A stretch of 64,000 nt of DNA from Octopus bimaculoides (taxonomy: Eukaryota): positions 153,461,112 to 153,525,111 of the forward strand of contig NC_068983.1 in NCBI RefSeq assembly GCF_001194135.2. The letters are read 5' to 3'. This document shows, piece by piece, positions 25,723-39,071 of this stretch (within the stretch, counting starts at the first letter, position 1; each line of letters starts with the position of its first letter). The notes beneath the pieces were generated by a model that saw nothing but the letters and a program-made list of their open reading frames with translations, ran no database searches and was not told where the DNA came from. A program made the translations under genes and the position numbers.

Positions 25723-27565
25723 GTTTCATATTGTTTTATGCCTTCATATTGTTTTACCGGCTCTCCAACTTTTGTCGACGTTTCGTGAAGAGTTCAAAAT
25801 ATTGCCAATACGAGAACTACTTTGGCAAGTTTATTTCATTTGCGATGATATATACTTATCCAGTCTTGCATGTTAATTACTTCTTTATTACATTCTTTAT
25901 TTCTACGAACGGTAATACATTGAAAGAAACATCTCTTCAACATTTAAGAGAATATGTGCAATTGTATACAGCGCATATAATTATATAGAAAGTAGCAAGG
26001 TTTAAATTTATTTCACAATCCAACGCACCAAAATCCCAAAACTACAGAACGATTTCCTCTTTTCTTGTTCTCCATTAACATCAACCGCTCTGAAATTTGA
26101 AAGGCTTTTCCTCGCCAACTCAAACCTGCTCGATACGCACATAGTTTCTGTTCTTGTTAACCACGTGTTCTTTTCTTAATTTTCTTAATTTTTTTTTTTC
26201 AAGGAAAAGAATTTCCTTGGAGCTTCCTACTTGTAAACATTTAACTTCCAATCATTTGCATGCGTGTCCGTATACCTTATTAACCTGACCAAAGCATAGC
26301 TTTGATAGTTTTAACGTATTGAACACATTGAATATTATAAACATAATTAGAAAAAATAATTACCCGGCGTAGAAAAAGCAATTTTTTTCCCCAGTTATTG
26401 ATATTATTACAATACGGCAAGTAACGAATAAGTTTCAATCTTTTTTTTATGAAACCTCTTGAGAACTGTGAATTATGTATTTCATAATGGTTTCAAAAAT
26501 AGCGTTGAGAAACATTATGTATGAGATATAAATCATTGTACAAGAACAGGCATTAAATTTACCATAGTGGAAAGCAAACCATAGTTGTTAGTTACTTAAA
26601 GTCATTCGCCTCATGAAACACAATAGTGAGCTAGGTTTGTGCATATATAATATAATGAGATCATGTATGAAAATTAAAACTAATTCTGCATTCATAAAAA
26701 TGTAACTTTTCATCAATATCTTAATTTCGATAAATGCAGGACACTATTTAGTAGATGTTTCGCATAACATCTAGGAAAAGGATTTGGGTATCTGGAGATC
26801 CCGGGTGCGATTTAAATATATATATAACAGAGGAAACAGAGTTACATTCGATGTCTATCATACCAGTAAGATAATATATTTATAAGAAAAATCAAAATGT
26901 TGTAACTGCGTATACATTAAAATGAGTTCATATTCAAGCATAATATTTACTAAGAACTATCTTTATAAGACGATGGATAGTTTAAAGGCTGATATTCTAC
27001 GTCATATTGTTAACTATGCTAGCATTAAGCAAAATTATGCTGGAATATGACTAAAGATGCATTTGTTATGACCAACTCGTCCTCATTATCTGATATATAT
27101 ANNNNNNNNNNNNNNNNNNNNNNNNNNNNNNNNNNNNNNNNNNNNNNNNNNNNNNNNNNNNNNNNNNNNNNNNNNNNNNNNNNNNNNNNNNNNNNNNNNN
27201 NNNNNNNNNNNNNNNNNNNNNNNNNNNNNNNNNNNNNNNNNNNNNNNNNNNNNNNNNNNNNNNNNNNNNNNNNNNNNNNNNNNNNNNNNNNNNNNNNNNN
27301 NNNNNNNNNNNNNNNNNNNNNNNNNNNNNNNNNNNNNNNNNNNNNNNNNNNNNNNNNNNNNNNNNNNNNNNNNNNNNNNNNNNNNNNNNNNNNNNNNNNN
27401 NNNNNNNNNNNNNNNNNNNNNNNNNNNNNNNNNNNNNNNNNNNNNNNNNNNNNNNNNNNNNNNNNNNNNNNNNNNNNNNNNNNNNNNNNNNNNNNNNNNN
27501 NNNNNNNNNNNNNNNNNNNNNNNNNNNNNNNNNNNNNNNNNNNNNNNNNNNNNNNNNNNNNNNNN

Positions 27566-27609
<44 letters not shown>

Positions 27610-28323
27610 AGCAAGGACTGCATAATTTTAAAGGCACTGATATACTGGAAGTGATTGGAGGGAGAGGGAGAAATAGTAAGTATTCCTGGCAGATCTCGTG
27701 AATACTTTGAACAACCCTTTTTTTTTTTTTGTTTCAGTCGAAAGATATGGTTACTTCATCTAGACTAAATTTATACGTGACAAGATATTACAGAGCATTC
27801 AATAAGGATTTAATTGGTTGTAATTTTCAGTCCGTCACTTGCAATAAATATAACTTGCAGTGTAATCGTACTATCTCATATTTTGTTTATTAAATGATGG
27901 CGTGTAATGACTCTATAACCGTAGAAAATATGAAATCCAATAATATACAGTGATGTCATAATGATTTCAATTCTTCATTGAAGAATATAGTAAAACAAGT
28001 TCACGGTGTTCATTGGCAGTTCTGGAAATTTCTCAACTATGATGTAAATTTACATTAAATATTCTTTATTTTTTTTCCTTTCCTTTCTTTCTATTTTTAC
28101 ACTTTTACTTGTTTCGGGAATTGGATAGTAGCCTATAGCAATATTTTGAAATGTTTAAGTTAAGGAAATCGATGCCCGTATAATTTTAAATATTGCATTT
28201 AAGCAATGCATCTTTATTTGCGAAAACTTTAATTTACGGGGATGTAAACATTCGTAAACCGGTTGTCAAATATGCAAGAGAAAAACGGAGGCGTGTGTGC
28301 GTGTGATAGAGTGAGAGAGAGAG

Positions 28324-28358
<35 letters not shown>

Positions 28359-28850
28359 TTGTGTGCTTTGATTCCGCTCACTTTCCATATAACAATTTCA
28401 TTCACAAAGCCTTTTGTCTCAGAAGGCAATAACCCAAAGAGCCGGGAGTAGGCAGGAAGGAAAGCTGGTTGTGAAAGGAATGTCTTCCCATTTTCAATCA
28501 CATATTCTATAGTCGCAATGTCACGAAAAATATATTTCGAATATTTTTCAGTTGAATGGGCATATAAATCAAAGAACACAGTATTGTCAATACATCACAG
28601 CTGATGTATTTACGCTAGGTATTAGATAACAGTCGTCATATAATCTGTATCCGCCAATTCTGAAGAGTTCGAGTATCAGATAACCGGTCTCTAATCTAAT
28701 AGCACTCGCGAAACCGATTAACAAGATCGGCTTTAACAGATCTATGATACAGTATACTTTAATTATGCAGCATTATGTATTTATGCATACATACAAAGAT
28801 ACATACATACATACATACATACACACCCATATATGCATATGCATATATGT

Positions 28851-28902
<52 letters not shown>

Positions 28903-28943
28903 ATATATTTATATTTATATGTATGTGTGTGTGTTTAAATATA

Positions 28944-28993
<50 letters not shown>

Positions 28994-29225
28994 GTTGTTG
29001 TTGTTGTTGTTATAATTATTGTTATTTCTTTTTTGTTTCAGAGTTTGTTGGAATTTCTGGAGTCTTGCATAAGTAGCAGGCTTGCTACCTGCAGCCTACG
29101 GTACCATGCTATCCATTCTTTTCAAGTATCTAATACTTTCCTGATTATTGTGGCCGTGCCAACGAGGCAAAACTTTTGTAATTTGTCGCCCATCACTTGT
29201 TATGCGCTCATAAATTAGTTTGATA

Positions 29226-29375
29226 AGCGAGTCGACTTTGCCTTTCATCGTTTCTGGTTCAATTAAATAAGTACCAGTTACGCACTGTGGGTTGATGTAA
29301 TCGACTTAATCCCTTTGTCTGTCCCTGTTTGTACCCTCTATATTTAGCCCCTTCCCTGTGGGCAATAAGGAAATA
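29226..29375 (+). mobile_element. SINE family A', 5'-truncated, perfect 16-bp TSD
   Basis: Starts at gagtcgactttgcctttcatc and carries the same tail as the 16646 copy. ATAAATTAGTTTGATA lies at 29210-29225 and 29376-29391. Confidence 0.9.
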
Positions 29376-29547
29376 ATAAATTAGTTTGATAGTTGAGCTC
29401 TGATTGGCTGTATGCAAATGAATTCATAACTGGGGTCCGGAAATCTCGTGGGAAAGAAGTTTCCGCATCCTGGAGTATGGTTGCCTTTGCATTTTCTGTG
29501 ACCGTTTTCTTGGGTGTGCTTATACCATCAATTTTCTGTTGTTATTC

Positions 29548-29615
29548 CATCATCATCATCAGCAGCAGCATCGTCGTTGTCGTTGTCGTCGTCATCATCA
29601 TCATCAGCATCATCG

Positions 29616-29652
<37 letters not shown>

Positions 29653-29662
29653 TATTATTATT
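29548..29662. repeat. (CAT)n/(CGT)n microsatellite
   Basis: Directly visible; source of the poly-His ORF. Confidence 0.95.
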
Positions 29663-31672
29663 TTAATCAGCTTGATTTGGTTCCATATAAATTAGTTTCT
29701 GTTTGTCTGTGTATCTATCTATTTATCTATATGTATACCTACCTATTTACCACTAAATTAGCTCGTCGAGTTAAGTATAAAACTAAACATGTCTTTGATC
29801 ATTGCTTTCATACATATGTATCCTTTTGCACTTATGTTTCCATCTGTGGTTAAATGAACACAAACGATAATATGACACCAGTCCTAAATGCCCTATCACA
29901 AATTTAAGTTAACTTTAACTACATATTTTAAACGAAGTCAATGCTACCTTCTCAAACATGACACTGTTTTCCTCAACCCCTTACTGTCAACCACCTCCTT
30001 ACTAAGGCCCGCTTTTTCTTCGTCGAAATTTCTTTCTCTTTCACCCTTCAGTCACGAATTTTATCTTCTTCTTTATGTTCTTATCTATTTCTGTTTCGAC
30101 AAACACTCTACTGTTATATTTCCTTATATTCCACCAAATTATAGAATTAAAGAATTAATTTGTAACTATCAACTTCGTAATATGAAAGAAAAATTATCTG
30201 AATCACTCCGAAAAACAAAATGTGTGTAAAGATCTCTCCTGCAGAGAGAACTCCGTCGTTATTTCGAAGCCATTATCGACCGCATCCTTATCAAAACTAA
30301 GTACACGTGACTCTTTATTTGACTGAGCATTCAAATAATGCTTAACAGTTTCCCTACACAATTAACAATAAAGACACACACACATATCATAAGTGTGCGT
30401 GTGTATGCGTCTGTATGTGTGCGTGTGTATGTGTGCATGTGTATGTATGTATCCCTTCGTCTGTCGATAGTACAAAGGTGAGCTATATAGTTATATAAAT
30501 TGTTTCTTTTCTGTTGACCCGTTGCTAAAATTCTAATACATCATAACAGTGAGAATCACGTGAGCCTACACTGAGTCGCTCTTTCTCTTTCCCCCCTCTC
30601 TCTCTCTCTCTCGCTCTCTCANNNNNNNNNNNNNNNNNNNNNNNNNNNNNNNNNNNNNNNNNNNNNNNNNNNNNNNNNNNNNNNNNNNNNNNNNNNNNNN
30701 NNNNNNNNNNNNNNNNNNNNNNNNNNNNNNNNNNNNNNNNNNNNNNNNNNNNNNNNNNNNNNNNNNNNNNNNNNNNNNNNNNNNNNNNNNNNNNNNNNNN
30801 NNNNNNNNNNNNNNNNNNNNNNNNNNNNNNNNNNNNNNNNNNNNNNNNNNNNNNNNNNNNNNNNNNNATATATATATAATTATATAATTATATACCTATA
30901 TATATGTAAATATGTGTGTGTCTGTGTATGTATATATATATTACCAGCATCTGACCATATGTATTTATCTACATATCTATCTTTCTATCTTTATATGTAT
31001 GTGCGCGTGTATACATATCTAGCTACCTGCCTACACACATACATACATATGCATAAATTTATGCAGCCTTGCATACATACATACTCATGCACATATGAGA
31101 GAGTGAAAGTGTGTGTAGCGGCCTCTCTATTTGTACATGCACACACATATATTGAAGTGTACACACGCATGAAACCAATCGACATGTTAAATGAAAAATA
31201 TTATTGTCATCTAGAATTCATCAATCAAACTATCTTAATGGCAATTAAAAAAAAAGAAATCAATAACGTTTTTATAATTCTGTCATCAGTTATGTTTAAA
31301 CTAAGTCATTAATATATGCTATAAAATGAAAATGAACTAAGAATACAATATATAACCGAAAAATAATGGAAAATGAAGTCAGTACTGCACTTTTGTTTAT
31401 AAATTCCTTCTTCGATTTAATTTTAACTTGGAATGTAAAAGATTTAATTATTTATTTGTTTATTTAGTCGTTATTTATTTATTTATTTACACACACACAC
31501 ACACATATACACCCATATATATATTTATGGAAATGAACGGTGAAGTGAGAGAAGTGTATCATAAAAAACTTTATTATTCCGTTTTTTTTGTGATAGGAGC
31601 ATTATGACATACACTTAGAAACACAAAACTTTTTATCATTGAAGTCTTCTATACGTATTTATCTGCGAGAGT

Positions 31673-31715
<43 letters not shown>

Positions 31716-31749
31716 TGTGTGTGTGCGTGCGTGTGTGTGTGTATATATA

Positions 31750-31791
31750 TCCATCCATCCATCCATCCAACCATCCATCCATCCATGCATA

Positions 31792-31830
<39 letters not shown>

Positions 31831-31910
31831 GTATATGTCTGTTTGTCTGTCTGTCTATTTATCTCTCTATCTATCTGTCTATCTCTCTCTCTCTCTCTCT
31901 CTGTATATAT
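31750..31910. repeat. (CCAT)n-(CTAT)n-(CTGT)n-(CT)n compound microsatellite
   Basis: Directly visible. Confidence 0.9.
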
Positions 31911-32714
31911 CTGTCTATTTGTCTGTGTATCTATCTATTTATCTATATGTATACCTACCTATTTACCACTAAATTCAATATAAACGAATGTGCGTGTGTG
32001 TGACTAGGAGAGTGTAGGTATGAGTGAGTGAGTTAGTGTGTGTGTGTGTGTGTGTGGTGTCATATTCACTTTACTGAATACGTTGCAACATGATGCTGCT
32101 AGAGAGTTATGGACCCCAATTGGCTATAATCTAAACGCACATTTCTTTAAACAAGCGTATCTAGGGAGACAGTGACATAACGTTACATACATATAATGTA
32201 TGTGTACGTGTGTTTGCGTGTATATGCGTATGTCTATGTGTATGTGTATGATGTGCGTAACTTTGATTATTGCAATATATAGCAAAATATCGTGATTTTG
32301 TTAAGTCACGCATAAATTTGATGTTTATAATTCAATAAGAATTGACAATTTGTATATACGATTAGAACTTAGAATTATCATTATGTTGATATTTTATCTA
32401 CTTCCTAATCATATATCAACGCTGAATTCGATATTCATGTACTAAGAATCATGTAATCAATTCGTTTTATTACTTCATTTTAGCTTACAGATTTTTATAA
32501 GGAATTCTAATTGATTAATGCACTCGGAGTTTTGTGTTTTGAGTTTGGTTAAATGTGGTATGTGAAAATTACTAATCTTTCGGTCTTAAGTTTTGACTTT
32601 TTATCCTAGAATTCGTTAACACAATATATTTACATGTAATTATTTATAGTTTTGTCTACTTCGAGGTATATTTTCCAATATATGATATTAATCTCTTGTA
32701 GTCCGAGAAAGACG

Positions 32715-32970
32715 GTTTTTCAATTTCATGCTGAATAACCTGCACAGATAATTTACTTATAGTGATCATGTATATGCCCACTCCCTCCATCAAATTGACG
32801 TTGTCCGCAGAGTTACTCGGTGTACAACCCATCAGGTATCGAAGTGATAGCAGACCAACGTTAGATGAATTGTTTTACTCAAGAGCACATCGTACCATCC
32901 CGTGAAGGAATTGAAACTATGGCTTCGCAGTCGGGTGTGCAACACATTAACCACTAGTTCATGAGCTCTT
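32715..32970 (-). mobile_element. Diverged SINE, family C-type head and body with tail Z
   Basis: Reverse complement: agtggttaatgtgttgcac...agtttcaattcc (A/B-box-like), gtgctcttgagtaaaacaattcatctaacgttg (CORE-like), then caacgtcaatttgatggagggag...atctgtgcaggttattcagca. Confidence 0.6.
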
Positions 32971-33897
32971 AATGTTTTCCAGTAAAGAATACACTTATAG
33001 ACATACATAAAAAATATACATCCCATTCACCAAAATACAAACATACCCACGCATAACCACATACACTCAAATTTGACATCTTCCTCACAATTTGTCATCC
33101 CAAATTCCATTCAGACAGTTTGGTCGATGCCAGCTAAGTTGACAGAAAATAAACACTCACGTGCGCAGGTTTGCTTATGCATCTGTACATGAGCAAATGC
33201 CTGTGCGCGTGGAGATCCGTGTATCTTGTTAGTGCGAGTGAGATTATATGGTTTGTAGGTTTGAATAGATGGCTTGAAGTGTTTTCCCAATCTATGTATT
33301 TCGTTAGATGTCCAAAAGTTTATATTCCAAAATCATTAAATACCTTTTCGGAAAGAATGATCATTACATAATCTCGTCTCAAATCTTTGGAAGAATATAA
33401 CCATCCTCTATATGGTTTAACTTCGAATGTTATTCAACGGCTGAGTGTACTTAGCGTGTTGAAAGTAGACGTAACCTGAAAAACATTTAAAAAATGCTCA
33501 CTGATAGAACATATGAGATCTCATGCCCTAGTATTCTTCATGCTTGAATATTGCTGGTTATACCTCAAATATATTCACATAATCCAAGCGTTCAGTTACT
33601 ATTTATATTCATTTTGTCCACCTCTGTAAACTTGGGAAACGTATATTGCATTGCTGAAAGAGAAAACGCGTCTTAACATTTTCAATCGAAACCAAGGCTT
33701 GTAGATCGAGAGCCGGAATGCTTAAGCATCAGAATTCACAGCTTCATAAGCCTCCTTGAAACAATTCCATGATATATTTTCTCTAATTGCTTGCTACTAA
33801 TGCAGCATCACATTTCTATGCTCATTAATATTTCATCTACAATTAACACTCTTGAGCACAATGGTTACAAAATCATAAAATTTATTTTTGTAATCGT

Positions 33898-34106
33898 AAG
33901 GCGGTGAGCTGTCAGAAACGTTAGCCCGCCAGGCGAAATGCTTAGCGGTATTTCGTCTGTCTTTACGTTCCTAGTTCAAATTCCGCCGAGGTCGACTTTG
34001 CCTTTCGGGCGTCGATTAATTAAATACCCGTTACGTACTGGTGTCGATCTAATCGACTGGCCCACTCCCCAAAATTTTCGGGCCTTGTGCCTAGCGTAGA
34101 AAAGAA
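33898..34106 (+). mobile_element. SINE family A, full length, perfect 15-bp TSD
   Basis: Highly similar to 6713-6928. TATTTTTGTAATCGT lies at 33883-33897 and 34107-34121. Confidence 0.92.
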
Positions 34107-35659
34107 TATTTTTGTAATCGTTTATTCTAAGCTTGGAGCGATTTTAGTGAGAATTTCATTTTTAATGCTCTAAAATATCATATTTGCACTACTTTTATGA
34201 ACTAAAAAGCAAGAAGTAGAGCATCAAAGGAAATATCCTGCGGTATTTAACTCCTCCTTGTAATGTTCTAATTTCAAATCTCACTGTAGTTTTTTCTCTT
34301 TTTTTTTTAATCGCATTACACTTTACAGACAATTATCATTAAATCAGACATTTGCCGAAGCCAGGGGTTCGATAAACAATTTATTGATATTATGCAAATG
34401 GTGAATTTTATAAATGCGCTGGGAAGAAAAAGTGATTTTCGAGTATTCGAATTTGACTCTTAATGTAAAATGCAGAGAGTGTACGTGTGTGAGACAACCA
34501 GACAGAAAGAAGGAAAGAGAGAAAGAGTAGGTAAGAAATTGAGAATGAGAAAAACAAGAGCTATAGAATATTATTTAGTTTCAAGGACAGTTGAAGCTTT
34601 ATGAGTGCAGCAAAATTACATAACGGTCAAGAAGAGAGTATTGCACATATTTGCAAATACCATATATAGGAAATAGCAAATCAACTGCAGTTTACATATG
34701 CTAGCAGTGTCATTTCACCAAACTTTTCTTATATTTCTGACCGAAAACTAACTTATTTTGTAGATAATACGATATAACTGATACATAATGTAATGGCACA
34801 AGAAAATATGACCGAAAATGTTGTCCATCGATTCAGAGATTCAAATTTGCACACACGCACACATACCTACACTCAGACATGTACACGAATATATGTTTAT
34901 GTATATGCATGGATATATGCATACGTATACGTGCGTGTGAGTAGAAATGTGAAATTGAAACGGCAAATATATATGTGCATATATATATATATGTATATAT
35001 GTATANNNNNNNNNNNNNNNNNNNNNNNNNNNNNNNNNNNNNNNNNNNNNNNNNNNNNNNNNNNNNNNNNNNNNNNNNNNNNNNNNNNNNNNNNNNNNNN
35101 NNNNNNNNNNNNNNNNNNNNNNNNNNNNNNNNNNNNNNNNNNNNNNNNNNNNNNNNNNNNNNNNNNNNNNNNNNNNNNNNNNNNNNNNNNNNNNNNNNNN
35201 NNNNNNNNNNNNNNNNNNNNNNNNNNNNNNNNNNNNNNNNNNNNNNNNNNNNNNNNNNNNNNNNNNNNNNNNNNNNNNNNNNNNNNNNNNNNNNNNNNNN
35301 NNNNNNNNNNNNNNNNNNNNNNNNNNNNNNNNNNNNNNNNNNNNNNNNNNNNNNNNNNNNNNNNNNNNNNNNNNNNNNNNNNNNNNNNNNNNNNNNNNNN
35401 NNNNNNNNNNNNNNNNNNNNNNNNNNNNNNNNNNNNNNNNNNNNNNNNNNNNNNNNNNNNNNNNNNNNNNNNNNNNNNNNNNNNNNNNNNNNNNNNNNNN
35501 NNNNNNNNNNNNNNNNNNNNNNNNNNNNNNNNNNNNNNNNNNNNNNNNNNNNNNNNNNNNNNNNNNNNNNNNTTAAAGGCCAGGATCCGTGTGAGCGTAC
35601 GTTATATAAGTTCAAAAAAAAACAGAAACAACAAAAAAAACCCAACAAAGTGAGGACGT

Positions 35660-35830
35660 GATACGGATAGTGTTATTAGACGCTCGGGAAAGGAGAGAGA
35701 GAGAGAGTATGACGTTTCGGGCGGAGCCCTTCGTCGGAAAGACGGAAAGTTCAAAGAATGGAAAAACGGTGGAAGAAAAAATCGGCACCGATGCCCACGA
35801 GGTTACATTGTGGAAGGACCGGAAGAGGAG
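35660..35830 (-). mobile_element. Penelope-type terminal repeat fragment with minimal hammerhead-like motif
   Basis: Reverse complement reads CCGACGAA-GGGC-tcc-GCCC-GAAAC-GTC...CCCGAGCGTC. Confidence 0.55.
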
Positions 35831-36458
35831 ATGCTGGAGGAAAAGTTCTTTCTAAGACAGGAGAGTGAAAAGGGGAGGTGAATATGCGTGCGTGCGCGAG
35901 GGTCTGCAAGTGTGTGTGTGTGTGCGTGGTTTGGTGGTTTATCTGTTCCTGTGTATGTGTGTGTTTGTGTGCGTGTGTGTGACGTAATGGAAGGAATTAG
36001 TAGCAGCAATAGTTAGGGGGTGCTTATGGACAATGGTCAGTAGGCGGTCAGCAGGCAGTTTTTGAGTATGTGTGTGCGTGTGTGTGTTTGTGTGGGGTTG
36101 TAGGTGTTGGGTACGTGTGCGTGTATGTGTGTGTTTTCTACGTGCGCGTGTTAACATTTCAGATGATGGGTCGTGTTAGACAGAGCGCTGACTTCTGCAA
36201 AAAGAGAATATCCACTGACATATTTTCAGTGCTTTCAAAAATCACAGTGATTTCAAAAACCACCTTCAATTTTCGATGACAGGTTAGGGCCTGAAACACT
36301 TCAAACGGATGCATAGCAGGTTGCTTAGTTGAATTAACCCAGTATTTGTGTTGTTGTCAATACTGCACTTTCCCATATGATCTCTTTCAACATAAGTGTA
36401 ATATATCATATACAAACTATGCCATTTTAATCTCGAGCAACCCTGGGTATCTCTGGTA

Positions 36459-36517
<59 letters not shown>

Positions 36518-37264
36518 CAGACAGATAGGTAGATATGCGTGTAAGAGAGTGTACATTTGAGTGTCAGTGTATCGAAACCTAAGTTTCTACTTGTGCTTAC
36601 AGTGAAGACGTTTTCAGTTTGGCGAATGTAAATGCTAGTTGTGTTGCAATATTTTAATTTGCCAAAAATGAAGGCAAATGTTGATCGTAAGCTGACTCAC
36701 CATATTGAATTTAGCTATACATGTTAATAGTTAGCGTTACTCAGACGTTTGAAAGGCTAGCCATTTTAAGACATCGCATCACTTCACGAATGTTTCATTT
36801 TATCAATTTTTTTTTTTACTCACAATCATATACAAAAACACACATCAATATATGTGTGAAAAGATGTGTGTGTGTGTGTGTGTGTAGCACATTCCTTTAT
36901 TGTTGGTCACATGCACTTACAAAGTTATAGAAATGACTAACGCAGTAAGTATGGCGTGAAAAAGAAAATGAAAACAAACGTCATGAACAATAAGGGACTG
37001 GGGTGAAGTCCACTTAAATTTATCGATACACGTTCCAATAGAAGAGCGTCGTGTGCAACAGTGGGTGGAAAATTGGCAGAGAAATAGAGAAGATATTGTG
37101 TGAGAAATACGTGAAGGATATTGACACGGAAACGAATATAGTCATTCACAAAATATTTCATTATTGGTGACAAATTATACACACAAACAGACACTCAAAC
37201 ATATACATATAGGTATATATACATACACATATATACATATATATATGAATATAAATATATATAT

Positions 37265-37545
37265 GGGCGCTGACATGACTATATGGTAAGAAGCTTGCTT
37301 CTCAACTACATGGTACCGGGTTCAGTCATACTGCGTGACACCTTGGACAAGTGTCTTCTACAATATATCATTGGGGCGACTAAAGACTTGTGAGTGGATT
37401 TGTTAGACGGAAACTGAAAGAATAGAAGTACTAAGCCAAAAAATAAAAAAGTCCTAGAGTAAATGTCTTTCCAACTAAAACCCTTAAAGTCTGTGCCCCA
37501 GCATAACCACAGTCAAATGACAACAACAAGGACAGGAATTAAAGA
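37265..37545 (+). mobile_element. SINE family B, diverged, internally deleted
   Basis: tggtaagaagcttgcttctcaactacatggtaccgggttcagtc...gacaccttggacaagtgtcttcta...gtggatttgttagacggaaactgaaagaa joins directly to the 3' module, skipping the (GT)n segment. Confidence 0.8.
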
Positions 37546-37564
37546 ATGTATTTTTATAAGTATA

Positions 37565-38126
37565 CAGTAGTGGCCAAAATTAGAGAAAGAAAATCAATTT
37601 TATAGATATTTACATTTCTACTTTATTTTTCCGAATTAAATTTTTACTGTGTATACTTAAAATGTGTTCATAATAATGAATTTATTGTAAATATACAATA
37701 AATGTTCTATGAAGTGATTAATAACTAAATTATTTATAATAGAGAACATGCATATTTGGAAAATACAAGATGGTCAAAATTAAAGAACGTTTGAGTTAAA
37801 ATTCAGAAAGTAACACTCTATACGCTGTAAACTAGGTTGACTGAACAGTGTGATGATTTATATTGAACAGTGGCGAATCAACTATCATAGAAAGTCGACC
37901 TAAAATTGCTGGAAACCTCAGGAAGTGAGTGGTTACGGTGAAGAAATTTCTACTGTCGCCAGAATCATTAACAGATCAAAAGGGAGAATGATTTCGGCGG
38001 CAGGTATTGGATATATGATCCATATTCATGTAATGTGAATGCAGCTATATACAAAAACATCGTTCTGCAGCATGTTGCACCAGCTATGAGGTCACAACCA
38101 ACTCATCAGTTGTGCAGGATAATGTT
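37565..38126 (+). mobile_element. Tc1-family transposon relic (left TIR plus broken transposase)
   Basis: TA-CAGTAGTGGCCAAAA is a Tc1-like TIR start. Start-like MVKIKE lies at 37770. MISAAGIG (37988), then NVNAAIYKNIVLQHVAP and VQDN (38112), match the Tc1 DDE-domain stretch WG.ISA.G.G...VNA.VY..IL.....QDNAP across frameshifts. Confidence 0.75.
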
Positions 38127-38174
38127 CATATTTTCATTTTCCTTTTACTCATGTATATAAAGAGTAAAGGCCCC

Positions 38175-38435
38175 ATTCGATAAAAAATGACCATGGGATT
38201 GCAACTAGAAAGTTTACCTCTGAGGCACAAGTCCGGGCAATGTTGTTTGTGGAAGTCTAGCAGTCACCCATGCATGGTAGTCTTCCCTCTCCACGCCACC
38301 GATTGCTACAGCTGATTGAACTGCAGTAACGTAAGTTAAAGTTCTTGCTCAAGAACACAACACATTGACTGATTCGGGAATCGAAATCACATCCTCACAC
38401 TTATAAGCCCGACGCTCTAACCACTGATCCATACC
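38175..38435 (-). mobile_element. SINE family C head and body with tail Y
   Basis: Reverse complement: cagtggttagagcgtcgggcttataag...tttcgattcccg, tgtgttgtgttcttgagcaagaactttaacttacgtt...cagctg, then a tail unrelated to the 8670 copy. Confidence 0.75.
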
Positions 38436-38682
38436 CCTTCACGCACACACACACACACACACACGTGTGTGTGTGAGAGAGAGATAGAGTGTACGAACAT
38501 CCATATACATACGGAGGTGCGAGTGAAGAGAAGGTGGAGATTAATTTAATTTTCATGGGTGTCTGCTTTTTGCTTTATTTGTATTTATATTCTGTTTTTG
38601 TCCTAAAATCGAATGTTTTCCATATGAATATTTCCGTTATAATGGTGTGTGATCTTATTGTATTATTACAAAAAGAAATTGG

Positions 38683-38890
38683 GGGCGAATTCGGAAAACG
38701 TTGGGATGTGAGGTTAATATGCTTTACGGTAATTGTTTCAGTTCTTTATTTTCCGGATTCAAATTTCATAGAGGTCAGCTTCATCCCTCTGAAGACTATT
38801 AAATAAGTACCAGTCGGGTATGAGTACAATTGTAATCGACCAACATACCTTTTCACAAATTTATTCGGCTTGTGCCTAAAAGAGAAATGA
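38683..38890 (+). mobile_element. SINE family A, heavily diverged
   Basis: atgctttacggtaatt...ggattcaaattt..agaggtc..cttcatcc...taaataagtaccagt...tgtaatcgac...cttgtgcctaaaagagaaa. Confidence 0.6.
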
Positions 38891-39071
38891 TTATTGCTGT
38901 AAAAGTGTATTACCGTATGTGTTATTTTTCATTTTCCATGTATGTACTTCCCCGATTCATGAATGCTTTGGGAAGTGTTCCAGAAACAAACTAAGCGGGA
39001 TATCTGAGTATTTGATATTTGGAATCTTCCACGTAACCACTGCATTTACACCACGTATTAAAATATCATCG

